Below are positions 39,135 to 48,682 of a DNA stretch of 64,000 nucleotides, one piece after another. The DNA comes from Patescibacteria group bacterium UBA1396 (GTDB lineage: Bacteria; Patescibacteriota; Microgenomatia; UBA1400; UBA1396), in the NCBI GenBank assembly GCA_002305195.1, contig DBQK01000008.1, positions 98,688-162,687 on the forward strand, read 5' to 3'. The notes under the pieces were generated by a model, which was not told where the DNA came from, ran no database searches, and worked only from the letters and a program-made list of their open reading frames with translations. Position numbers and translations under genes: made by a program. Position 1 is the first letter of the stretch; each line of letters begins with the position of its first letter.

Positions 39135-39680
39135 TTATAACCGAAGATAGGCAAAGCTGCGGATCGGTCGTTGCGTCACTGACTCCACCAGTTCCGAGAC
39201 AGAATCTGCCGGTGAAGTATATGGTAATTGAATTCCTTGACTAGCTAATAATTTTTGTAACTCACTGCGAATTAAACCCCGTGGGTAAGTCTGTGGTTTA
39301 GTTTTCATAATCTCTAAAATACTAATTGTTCCATCATACAAATCCATTTGCTCAATATTTTCCAGGCTGATATACGAAATAATTTCTAAAATTGCCAAAA
39401 AATCACGCAAAACCGCCAACTGCGGGTTAATTGGTGATAACTGAGATTTTAAGCTGACTTCGGTAATTAATCTGGTTTCACCATACTCAAGCCAGCTAAA
39501 GACAATGATGGAACCCGGCTGCAATGCTGAGATGCGCTTAGATTTTAGCTGCCTAACTCCCTTGGCTAAAAAGGAAAGCTTGCCATAACTTGGCGTTAAA
39601 ACATCAATCCAACGATCCAGCTCTTGATAATCTCGAGCCTGCAAAACTAGTCCGATAGCACTACGGGATGGTCCAGCCAC
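39135..39680 (-). CDS. recO: DNA repair protein RecO (short form)
   Basis: GLVLQARDYQELDRWIDVLTPSYGKLSFLAKGVR OB-fold N-terminus. Confidence 0.88.
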   Translation of the reverse strand: MAGPSRSAIGLVLQARDYQELDRWIDVLTPSYGKLSFLAKGVRQLKSKRISALQPGSIIVFSWLEYGETRLITEVSLKSQLSPINPQLAVLRDFLAILEIISYISLENIEQMDLYDGTISILEIMKTKPQTYPRGLIRSELQKLLASQGIQLPYTSPADSVSELVESVTQRPIRSFAYLRL

Positions 39681-39685
39681 AAGCT

Positions 39686-41842
39686 TTATGGTACGCGGAT
39701 GGTGATGTCTTTATCAAGTGTAAACTCAGTTTGACCGAAGGGCGTCGCAATCTCAAATGGAATTGGGTCGGTACCGCCTTGTTTTTGCATCGACAAAACA
39801 TATTCTTTGTTATCTAAGTTGTAAGGAACACTTAGAGTTGCCCGAATTTTGGCCTGACTCATGGGGTTAAGTTTGAAAAACCCTTCAATTACATCATAAT
39901 CTTGATTTGAGGTATCGATAACCGGTTCATTCTCAAAACCAACTAGTTGCTCAACTTGAGTACCTTTAGGCACATACCATCTTGTCCAGTTATTAAGCGT
40001 GGCATTGAGACAAAGTAGTCCAGCTTCCAAATTGCAATTTGAGGCAGCGTGAGTATTGCGATAGGTTAACTCAACTTCCTTGCGCAAACGACCATTAGCA
40101 ATCTCTTGAACAGTCTGAGATCCGCTCACTTCAGTGAATAAATTAGATTTCGCCCCACCCAGATTAGCGTCTATAATCGTTAAATAATCGCCTTCCTGAG
40201 ACAGTTTTGGAATAATACCGGCCGCGTTAATAGACTGAGCGGCTAACTGCTTGTCTTCATCAAAAAAATACATCTGCGTGTGTCGACCCTCAATGCTTTG
40301 CCAAACAAGCTGCGCTAACAATGGCCATTTATCTCTGGATGTAGCGTAGGTTTTTTGAATGATTGCCTGCATCATCGGCGCTAAAATTCCCTTGCGGTCT
40401 TCTCTAATATAAGGAGTTGGCCGGTCGATAATTTCACTCAAGGCGTAAATAATCTGGGGACAACCACCGCATTGTGGATCAGGTTCGGCTGAAAAAGTTC
40501 CATAGCCAGGGACCTCAACCGGTCCCAAAACTTCAACAACATTGGCTAAAAGTACGGTGTCAACCGCAATAATGCCGTCAATGTCCTTTGGTTCGCCTCT
40601 AATTTGTTGATAATTCTCATAGAAATCAGCCATAGAATTTGCAAAATTAGGATCGATGTTCATATCGCGTAAATTCCAATAGCGCTCGGTGGTTAAATAT
40701 TTTCCCAAAGTCTCTGGAATTGGTGGCTTATTACTAAATTTCTTGTCAAGCTCATAAATATCATCAGATTTTTCCGGAGTTACTTTGCCATCTTCCACAA
40801 AAACCACGGCGTAGGCTGTCATAAAGCCACCGGTAGGACGTAATTCGTTATCATTTTGGAAAATGACTAGGTATTTTTGGCGTTCTCCGGCCCCAGCAAT
40901 GGCTGGTAATTGCTCAATAGCTGGTCTGGCGTCGGTCAAAATAGTGGCGGCTGCTTGAGCACCATCGTGGAGAGCTTTTACATAACTTCTAACCGGGTGT
41001 CCAGCAATATTTTCTGGATATTTCTGTGGGTCAATCTGTTTAGCATAATCATTCATTTCCTCGACTTTGGCGGAGATCGAGTCAAGCTGGGGTGTAATTT
41101 GAGCTAATGTTTCCAACATTAAACCGATTCTGTCCTCGGTTGTGCCTCCCTCAAAAGTGCCCTCACCACTAAAACCTAGTAAGTCGGCGTGAGGCTTAAT
41201 GGCCTCAAGGGCAAGTTGGCCGGCCTCTAGGCCGGCTAGTCCGGCCTGAAGGCCGGCCTCACCATCAAAATAATAACCCCGCACAACAGGAATGAATTTC
41301 AAATAACCCATCTTCTGGAAAGAAGTTTGCGACTTTACAAGTTGTTCTTTAGCACGACTTAAGTGTAAATCTGTTTCTGGTAAATTCTGCCTCTTAAATG
41401 AGTCATAAGCCAATCTACCCTCGGTGGCTACCTGTTGAATATCGCCCTGCACATTCCTGGCTTGAGCATAAACTGTAAATGCAGCTAAAAATAAAACAGT
41501 AATCCCGACCAATAATACACCACCGGTGATACCTACTGCTTTAAACCAACGCCTTTTTTTGGGAGAAACTCCCCGCCACCAATTCGGCAAGTTTTTCAAA
41601 CTGAATTTATCTTTGTTTTTTTCAACTGCACCTGAATTGGAAGGCAGATCATTATTTATTCTAGACACCTGATTTTTAATTCCTGATTCTGCTGAATCTT
41701 GAGTTTTTTTCGATCGCCTGGCGGTAATTGGGCTGGCAAAAACATCGTCGCCCTGATCTAGATTGCGCTCAGCAGATCGCTCAGTCTTCTTCCAATTAGA
41801 TAATAGTGTTTGATCACTCATAATGGTAGCTCCCATCACCAA
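39686..41842 (-). CDS. DUF4012 domain membrane-anchored protein (start possibly 41821)
   Basis: YLVIFQNDNELRPTGGF, NLRDMNIDPNF, DANLGGAKSN. Confidence 0.9.
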   Translation of the reverse strand: MVMGATIMSDQTLLSNWKKTERSAERNLDQGDDVFASPITARRSKKTQDSAESGIKNQVSRINNDLPSNSGAVEKNKDKFSLKNLPNWWRGVSPKKRRWFKAVGITGGVLLVGITVLFLAAFTVYAQARNVQGDIQQVATEGRLAYDSFKRQNLPETDLHLSRAKEQLVKSQTSFQKMGYLKFIPVVRGYYFDGEAGLQAGLAGLEAGQLALEAIKPHADLLGFSGEGTFEGGTTEDRIGLMLETLAQITPQLDSISAKVEEMNDYAKQIDPQKYPENIAGHPVRSYVKALHDGAQAAATILTDARPAIEQLPAIAGAGERQKYLVIFQNDNELRPTGGFMTAYAVVFVEDGKVTPEKSDDIYELDKKFSNKPPIPETLGKYLTTERYWNLRDMNIDPNFANSMADFYENYQQIRGEPKDIDGIIAVDTVLLANVVEVLGPVEVPGYGTFSAEPDPQCGGCPQIIYALSEIIDRPTPYIREDRKGILAPMMQAIIQKTYATSRDKWPLLAQLVWQSIEGRHTQMYFFDEDKQLAAQSINAAGIIPKLSQEGDYLTIIDANLGGAKSNLFTEVSGSQTVQEIANGRLRKEVELTYRNTHAASNCNLEAGLLCLNATLNNWTRWYVPKGTQVEQLVGFENEPVIDTSNQDYDVIEGFFKLNPMSQAKIRATLSVPYNLDNKEYVLSMQKQGGTDPIPFEIATPFGQTEFTLDKDITIRVP

Positions 41843-42456
41843 CGGCTAATCATCGCCTTTGGTGTTTTGGCAAGGATTACGATATCAGTCCATAGGCTCT
41901 TTTGTCGAGCATATTGAGCATCCATTTTTGCCCGCTGAACAAAAGGAACATCATTCCTCCCTGAAACTTGCCAAGGACCGGTAATTCCTGGCTTCACGGT
42001 CAAGATGTCGCGAACGTAATCTCTAGTTTCAGGATAACGCATCGTTTGCTCTTTAAGCTCCGCCTCGACATACGCGCGGGGACCAACCATGCTCATATCT
42101 CCTTGAATAACATTGAGTAATTGGGGGAATTCATCAATTGTTAAGGCTCGTAAAACTTTTCCTAATCGTGTAATACGAGGGTCGTTTTCTAGTTTCCAAT
42201 CACTTTTCTTGAATTTGGCCAAAAGTTGACGATTCTTTTTGTGCAGTATTTCATCGGCGTCACGTACCATTGATCTGAACTTATAGAGCTTAATGCTCTT
42301 TCCTCCCTGCCCAACTCTGGTATGAGAAAAAAAGACCGGCCAACCAGAATCGAAAAAAATTAGGATCGGCACAATAATCCAAAAAGGGAGAAAGCAAATC
42401 AACAAAATTGTAGCCACAATAATATCTAGAATTCGTTTAGCTACTTGATAGTTCAT
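41836..42456 (-). CDS. priming phosphoglycosyl transferase (Bac_transf family)
   Basis: KRILDI, KFRSM, DPRITRLG, DEFPQL, KPGITGPWQVSGR. Confidence 0.95.
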   Translation of the reverse strand: MNYQVAKRILDIIVATILLICFLPFWIIVPILIFFDSGWPVFFSHTRVGQGGKSIKLYKFRSMVRDADEILHKKNRQLLAKFKKSDWKLENDPRITRLGKVLRALTIDEFPQLLNVIQGDMSMVGPRAYVEAELKEQTMRYPETRDYVRDILTVKPGITGPWQVSGRNDVPFVQRAKMDAQYARQKSLWTDIVILAKTPKAMISRW

Positions 42457-42564
42457 ATTTGTGAAACCAACTTATTTTATATTTTCTTTAATCAAATAGT
42501 CTAATTGGATATTATAAACATTTAGTTTGCTCAAGAATATCTTCTTCCCTGATAGCTAGTGGTC

Positions 42565-43683
42565 TTATAGATACTCGTCTAAGTTTTCTGCCTTTAATTT
42601 TTCAACCATTTTCTTAATATCGGCCGATCGACTGCGAGGTGCAATCATAATAACGTCCTGACTATCCACCACCACTAAATCTTCCACGCCAATTAGGGCA
42701 ATTAGTCTCTCATCTGGACTTACTAAGTTGTTATGACCATCTAAACTCACCACCGGTGCTTGTTCACCAGCAGCTCTGACGATTACCGTACCCGAACCAT
42801 CTTTCTCTCCCAACTCATAAACTGTACTCCACAGTCCCACATCATCCCAACCAAAATCGCCGGGAATTAATAAAAGGTTGTCTGCTTTTTCAGAAATGGC
42901 AAAGTCAATCGAGATTTTTGGCGAAGCTTCATACACGTCCTGTAAAACAGGATTGAATCTGGGCGTCTGAATAGCTTCAGAAATTTGAGCTAGCTTGTCA
43001 TCCGCTTCAGGAAAATAACGATGAAAGGCCTCAAGAATAGCACTAACTTTCCAAGTGTACATATTAGCGTTCCAGAAGTAATTACCCTCGGCTAAAAAGG
43101 TTTCGGCAGTTGGTAAATCAGGTTTTTCTTTAAAACTATTGACCTGGTACACTTGATTATTCTCAGCATCACCTGACTGAGATACCAAGTTATCGACCTT
43201 TATGTAACCGAAATTAACATTTGGACCAGTAGGAGTAACTCCCACTGTAATTAGATGTTCTCCAGAATTAGCCAGTTCTAAAGAGCGATTAATAACTCTT
43301 AAATATTCGGCTTCATCCTTTAAAACATGATCTGAAGCAATGTTGGTAACCACCGCTTCAGGGTCTGCCTTTTGAGCTACCAAGGCACCAACAGCCATAG
43401 CAAGAGCTGTATCTCTTTTCATTGGTTCGGCAATAATATTATTGGGATTTATATCTGGCAGCTGTTGTTGAACGGTTTCCACATACTCTCGGTTGGTCAC
43501 CACAATAATTTTTTCCCACTCAATCAGCTGGCTAATTCTTTTGGCTGCCTGTTGTAGTAAGGTTTCGTCTCCGCCTAACTTTAAAAACTGTTTAGGTTTA
43601 TTATCCCTCGACATTGGCCACAACCTAGTACCGCTTCCTCCGGCCAAAATGACGGCAAAGGCGTGTTCAGTGTGATTGCTCAT
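42565..43683 (-). CDS. manC: mannose-1-phosphate guanylyltransferase
   Basis: ILAGGSGTRLWPMSR..PKQF, FKEKP, WDDVG; start reassigned to MSNH at 43683. Confidence 0.93.
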   Translation of the reverse strand: MSNHTEHAFAVILAGGSGTRLWPMSRDNKPKQFLKLGGDETLLQQAAKRISQLIEWEKIIVVTNREYVETVQQQLPDINPNNIIAEPMKRDTALAMAVGALVAQKADPEAVVTNIASDHVLKDEAEYLRVINRSLELANSGEHLITVGVTPTGPNVNFGYIKVDNLVSQSGDAENNQVYQVNSFKEKPDLPTAETFLAEGNYFWNANMYTWKVSAILEAFHRYFPEADDKLAQISEAIQTPRFNPVLQDVYEASPKISIDFAISEKADNLLLIPGDFGWDDVGLWSTVYELGEKDGSGTVIVRAAGEQAPVVSLDGHNNLVSPDERLIALIGVEDLVVVDSQDVIMIAPRSRSADIKKMVEKLKAENLDEYL

Positions 43684-43687
43684 ACTC

Positions 43688-44842
43688 TTACCGCATCCCT
43701 TTCCGATGTTTTTGCCACTCTGATTCAACAAATTTGATAAATTGTTTTTGCCAGGCGACCTCTGCATATTGGCTTGCTTGACGCTTAATGTCAAGTTTAT
43801 GCCAGCGCACCTGACTTGCCAAAGACATTATTTGTCTTATGGTTGCGGTTTTTTGGTCTTCAAAAAAAAGTCCATCAATGTTGGGTCTAGCAATCTCTGC
43901 TGCCCCACTAGATTTGTTAACAATTACTGGACAACCCTGGGACATAGCCTCTAAAACCACCAGACCAAAATCTTCAACTTGAGGAAAAACAGCGGCCTGA
44001 GCATTTTGCAAATACCAAGCTAGGCTGGCTTGATCAATCCAGCCTACAAACTTAATTAGTCTTCCCTGCGGATCAAGCTGGTTGGCTAGTTGGCGGAGGC
44101 GGCCTGCCAGGGGGCCGTCACCAGCAATAACTAAATTAAACTTGCCCTGGCAGGCCGCCTTAATCAATAAATCAAATCTTTTATATGCCACCAACCTCCC
44201 CCAAGTGAAAAAAAATGGTTGAGTTGGTTTATACCTTGGTTCTTGACTAACTGGTAGAGACACTAGAGGGGGATAAATTACCTTGTCAGACTGGCGACCA
44301 TAATATTTTAAACAACGTCGAGCAACCAAGTTGGATATCGCAATTATTTTATCTGGTCTTTGAGCTAACAAATAATCCCACGTTTGCAGATATTTAAAAA
44401 TTGGCTTAGCCAACCAACGAATAAAATTTGGTATCTGCTGCAAATAAAAATTTCGATGCGACCACAAATACCTAGTTGGAGTTAGTAAGTAACACAAATG
44501 CAGTTGTTCCGGCTTGGTGATAACCCCCTTAGCCGCCTCTGAGGTAACACTAATAACTAAATCATATTTTTCAAGCTCAACACTTTCAAAAATCCAGGGC
44601 ATTAACCAACCCAACCAACGATGTTTACTAGCTAAAAAAGAATTGTTCACAACTGCGTTAACTGACCATGACTTTGCCCAAGGAGCCCCTACCGGATCAT
44701 AAACCGAGGTTACTAACTCGGCTTGAGGTAATAGTTTCTTAATCTGCTTAAGAATTTGCTCGGCTCCGCCTCGACTATTTACTCGATCATAAATAACCGC
44801 TATTTTCAGATCAGCTAACTTGGCTGGAAATTGATACTGCAT
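43688..44842 (-). CDS. GT4 glycosyltransferase
   Basis: GGAE, EDFGLVVLEAM. Confidence 0.93.
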   Translation of the reverse strand: MQYQFPAKLADLKIAVIYDRVNSRGGAEQILKQIKKLLPQAELVTSVYDPVGAPWAKSWSVNAVVNNSFLASKHRWLGWLMPWIFESVELEKYDLVISVTSEAAKGVITKPEQLHLCYLLTPTRYLWSHRNFYLQQIPNFIRWLAKPIFKYLQTWDYLLAQRPDKIIAISNLVARRCLKYYGRQSDKVIYPPLVSLPVSQEPRYKPTQPFFFTWGRLVAYKRFDLLIKAACQGKFNLVIAGDGPLAGRLRQLANQLDPQGRLIKFVGWIDQASLAWYLQNAQAAVFPQVEDFGLVVLEAMSQGCPVIVNKSSGAAEIARPNIDGLFFEDQKTATIRQIMSLASQVRWHKLDIKRQASQYAEVAWQKQFIKFVESEWQKHRKGMR

Positions 44843-44854
44843 AACAACTTAAAC

Positions 44855-46009
44855 TTAATTAGTGTTTTTGTGGTTCAACACTGTTTCATATGCTTGCCAG
44901 GTTTTAGCCGCCGCCTTTTTCCAAGTAAAGCTTCGTGCCCACTGCTGAGCAAGTTTTAACTGCTTAATTGAGGGTGGATTTTGTTCCAAAGTTTGAAGCT
45001 TTTGCACCAAATCTTCCGGTTGATAAGGGTTAAAAAAATCAGCTTTGTCTTGATAAACTTCTCTAAAAACAGGAATGTCGGATACAACTACCGGCAAACC
45101 AACCGCTAGGGCCTCCAGTCCAGTTAAACCAAATCCTTCTGCTAAAGATGGTTGAATTAAGGCGAGAGCATTTTGGTAAATAGCCATTAGTCGTTGATCA
45201 TTTTGCCCAATTAAAATTTTTACCCTATCTGCTAATCCATTCTGCTTAACCATTTTTTTGAATTCCTGGGTGAAAACCGATCGACTGGTAGCGACAATCA
45301 GATGCAACCACTCCATTTTGGTTAGTGCTTCCAAAACAACATCGACATTCTTATGCGGGTACAAGCTGCCTGTATAAACAACGTATGGCGCCCTTTCTTT
45401 AGTTTTTGCCGCTCGTTTTTGCTCTCCCACTGATGGTGCGCTCAAAAACACCTGACTAATCCCTTCTGATGTGACCAATACCTGATTTTTACGACCAACG
45501 ATTTGCTTAATTTGTTTTTTAACCTCCTGCGTAGGAACTAAAACAACCTCAGCACTTTTAATAGCGCTTCGACTTACGAAACGATAGGCCAAGTATTTTA
45601 AACGATATTGCCAGGGAGCTAAGGTTGTGGCTCGAGGGTCACGCTGTTGATGCCAAAGCAAATCATGAATCGTAACAATGGTATCTTTTCGGTAAAGCCA
45701 AGGTACGTTAAAGTGTGGTATATGCAAGCAATCTAAATTGGCGTGGTAAAAATACCATGGTAGAACTAATTGCTCAGCTAGGCTGTAATGTTTAATCGGC
45801 ACCACCACGATCTCACACTGAGGTATATCTTTTAACCAAGGTAGTTGATTCTTGTCAGCAAGAAAAATAACCCACTTAATCTTGATTGGTAACTTATTAG
45901 TGAAATTAATGAGTTCGCGGAGAATCTCTTCACTGTATCGTCCTATACCAGCGTGCTCTATGCCGGCCAAACGAGCATCAAAACCTAATCTGAATTGTTT
46001 GGCCGGCAT
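44855..46009 (-). CDS. GT4 glycosyltransferase
   Basis: GIGRY, TIHDL, EGFGLTGLEAL. Confidence 0.93.
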   Translation of the reverse strand: MPAKQFRLGFDARLAGIEHAGIGRYSEEILRELINFTNKLPIKIKWVIFLADKNQLPWLKDIPQCEIVVVPIKHYSLAEQLVLPWYFYHANLDCLHIPHFNVPWLYRKDTIVTIHDLLWHQQRDPRATTLAPWQYRLKYLAYRFVSRSAIKSAEVVLVPTQEVKKQIKQIVGRKNQVLVTSEGISQVFLSAPSVGEQKRAAKTKERAPYVVYTGSLYPHKNVDVVLEALTKMEWLHLIVATSRSVFTQEFKKMVKQNGLADRVKILIGQNDQRLMAIYQNALALIQPSLAEGFGLTGLEALAVGLPVVVSDIPVFREVYQDKADFFNPYQPEDLVQKLQTLEQNPPSIKQLKLAQQWARSFTWKKAAAKTWQAYETVLNHKNTN

Positions 46010-46090
46010 AACATCTCCTTGAATTGGCTAAATCAATTTAGCTACCAATTACTGTCATTATGCCATTTTTAATTGGCAGTTAGCGACTGA

Positions 46091-46573
46091 TTATTTTTTG
46101 CTCGATCGGCGAGAGCTACTTTTCTTTGCAGTCGATTTCTTAGCAGTACTTTTACTAGCTGAAGCGGTTTTTTTACTTGTTGAGGTAGCTTTCTTTTTGC
46201 CAGTTTGACTCGATTTTGATTCAGGTGCAGATTCTGATTCTAGCTGGCTTAAATCGGCTTCGTCAAAAGCATATTGCATTAACTCAATATCACGTCTGAG
46301 TTGGCGAATCTTTCGTCCACGCAAATAATTGCCAATCAAAGCATAAACAAAGAAAAAGGCGGCAATAGCATACGCGCCGGTGGGAATGTTAGCTAAAAAC
46401 TCTGACTGTGCCTGAGTAAATTCACCATTTTGCATAAAATAATCAAAAATGATTTGAGGCAAAAGAATAGCGGTAATAATTGCCATAAAGCTAATCAAGA
46501 ATGCCTCCACTGCGGCAGTTAAACGGTTCTGTTGTTCGTTTTGAATCTCGAACTGAAGATTACTTAGATGCAT
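46091..46573 (-). CDS. 2-TM protein with Lys/Ser-rich tail
   Basis: Two hydrophobic helices, then KKATSTSKKTASASKSTAKKSTAKK. Confidence 0.7.
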   Translation of the reverse strand: MHLSNLQFEIQNEQQNRLTAAVEAFLISFMAIITAILLPQIIFDYFMQNGEFTQAQSEFLANIPTGAYAIAAFFFVYALIGNYLRGRKIRQLRRDIELMQYAFDEADLSQLESESAPESKSSQTGKKKATSTSKKTASASKSTAKKSTAKKSSSRRSSKK

Positions 46574-46577
46574 ACTT

Positions 46578-47501
46578 TTAGTTCCTTTCTTGTTGCAACT
46601 TCACTTTCTTAAGTGTCTTAATCATAACAAATGATAACAAAAGTACCAGTCTCGAATATTTACTAGCATAATGCTTCTGCATAAACTGCCACATCGTGTC
46701 ATAAAAGGCAGCTATTGTTCGGCGACGTGTAGCTAAATCAGACTGCTTTTGGCCCGATTTATGCTTGTGATGCAAAATCTCGATACTGGGGTCATAAATT
46801 ATTCTCCAACCAGCTTCTTTAAATCGATAGCACCAATCAATATCTTCAGCGTACATAAAAAATTGTTCGTCTAATAAGCCAACCTCTTTGATTGCTGACA
46901 GTCGAACCAACATTGCCGCCCCACTGCAGGCCTCAATATCATGTTTGGTATCAAGATCTAGATAACTTAGTCTGTAACCCGCAACCGGCTTAAATTTTGG
47001 CAACCATTTAGCAATACCGCTGTAATACATTAAGGCGTTCCAGGGTGTAGGAAAACCGCGGTGACAAGCGTGATCAACCTTACCACTTGGAAGAATGACC
47101 TTGGGCGTAACCACCCCAACCGACTGATCATTAAAATTCTCAAGTAGTGAAAGTAAATTGGTATTAGGCAAAAACTCTGTATCGGAATTAAGCAACATGG
47201 CATAATCTGTCTTTACCTGGGACAAACCCAAGTTATTGCCGCCAGCAAAACCTAGATTTTCGTTGCTTCTAATCCATTCTAACCAAGGAAATTTCTTTTT
47301 AAACTGAATTGACTTGTCTTGTTTGGAACCATTATCGACCACAATAACCTTGATTGATTTGGGACCTTGTTGATCATCAATCCAATTTGACAAATCTTGA
47401 AAAGACAATAAACACTTCCGTAGCCAACCCCAGCCGTTATAGTTGACCAAAATAATCGTAAGCTGATAATCAGATTGTGGTTGATGTTGCTGTTTCTTCA
47501 T
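46578..47501 (-). CDS. GT2 glycosyltransferase (rhamnosyltransferase WbbL-like)
   Basis: VVDNGS, NLGFAGGNN, LLNSD, FFMYAEDIDWC. Confidence 0.92.
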   Translation of the reverse strand: MKKQQHQPQSDYQLTIILVNYNGWGWLRKCLLSFQDLSNWIDDQQGPKSIKVIVVDNGSKQDKSIQFKKKFPWLEWIRSNENLGFAGGNNLGLSQVKTDYAMLLNSDTEFLPNTNLLSLLENFNDQSVGVVTPKVILPSGKVDHACHRGFPTPWNALMYYSGIAKWLPKFKPVAGYRLSYLDLDTKHDIEACSGAAMLVRLSAIKEVGLLDEQFFMYAEDIDWCYRFKEAGWRIIYDPSIEILHHKHKSGQKQSDLATRRRTIAAFYDTMWQFMQKHYASKYSRLVLLLSFVMIKTLKKVKLQQERN

Positions 47502-48681
47502 ATACCTTCAATAAACTGCTGGCAATATTTTCCCAGCTAAAGCGTTTTTCAACAAACTCTTGGCTGGCTCGGCCCATTTTTGTCTGGAGCTGAGGATTTT
47601 GTAATAATTTTATAGCTGCTGCCGCCAGTTCATTAGCTGTATCGGCTTCAAAATAATGAAGATTTGGCTCAGCCTTTATACCTTCAAAAGCAATTGTAGT
47701 TCCAACTACTGGAGTTTGAGAAACCATTGCCTCAAGTACTTTGTATCTAGTGCCTTTGCCACTAAAAACAGGAGCTATCAATAGGTTTGCCCGTGCGTAT
47801 TCATGACGAATATCAGCAACTCGGCCAGTAATTTCAATGCTCTCATCTATACTGCCATAGCTAATAATTTTTTTGGTAGGTGATGAACCCACAATTCTTA
47901 ATCTTGCTTTTGGCACTGCTTGTTTAACCAGTGGCCAAACCTTTTCGACTAAAAACTCAACTGCCTCGACATTTGGTAACCAGTGAAAAGTTCCTACGAA
48001 AAGAACTGTGGGAGTTTTGTCCAATTTCTTTTTTACTTGATTAAAAAATCTAACATCAACCCCATTGCTAACTACGTCAATTTTGGTCAAGGATGGCTCA
48101 ACCTGTTTAATAAACTCACGATCATTTTCCGAAACTGTCACTAATCTGTGACATCGACGCCAGTAATGCTTTTCCCAAAACCTTATCTTGGCAATATCTA
48201 GGTTAAAAATTGGACGCAGCCAAGCCTGACGCTGACATATCTTGGCGGCAAAATCTTCATAACCTAAATACTCAATAGTCTGTTCCACCAAAATAGTTGG
48301 CAAATTGGTACGAGGAATGTTGGGCATCATATAAAAAGTTTCAACGTGGATAAGATCATAATTCGAGTTGGCAAGTTCTTGAGCGATCTCCTTTTTTAAA
48401 GACAAAACTAGATTGCGGGTCACTACGAAAGGAAAAGGTGTTAGAGCTGCTAATAAAATATTGCGTGGGTGCCAAGGATTTTTGGTTCGTTTAAAAACCT
48501 TGATTTTGTCACAGAATGGCTCCAGTTCTTTGATATATTCTTTTTCTTCTTCATCCTTAATAAGAGCAAACAAAGTTACCTGATGTTTTTTGGAGATTTG
48601 TTTTAGCAAGTTGTAGGTCCGCACCTGACCGCCACTTAAAAGTGGATACGGCAAATATGGCGTCAGCATAAAAATCCGCAT
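47470..48681 (-). CDS. GT4 glycosyltransferase
   Basis: PYPLLSGG, GTRYKVLEAM. Confidence 0.92.
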   Translation of the reverse strand: MRIFMLTPYLPYPLLSGGQVRTYNLLKQISKKHQVTLFALIKDEEEKEYIKELEPFCDKIKVFKRTKNPWHPRNILLAALTPFPFVVTRNLVLSLKKEIAQELANSNYDLIHVETFYMMPNIPRTNLPTILVEQTIEYLGYEDFAAKICQRQAWLRPIFNLDIAKIRFWEKHYWRRCHRLVTVSENDREFIKQVEPSLTKIDVVSNGVDVRFFNQVKKKLDKTPTVLFVGTFHWLPNVEAVEFLVEKVWPLVKQAVPKARLRIVGSSPTKKIISYGSIDESIEITGRVADIRHEYARANLLIAPVFSGKGTRYKVLEAMVSQTPVVGTTIAFEGIKAEPNLHYFEADTANELAAAAIKLLQNPQLQTKMGRASQEFVEKRFSWENIASSLLKVYEETATSTTI

Positions 48682-48682
48682 T

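Noticed and set aside
43684-43794. N-terminal extension of ManC
   Set aside because: Overlaps the upstream GT4 gene; homology starts at MSNH (43683)
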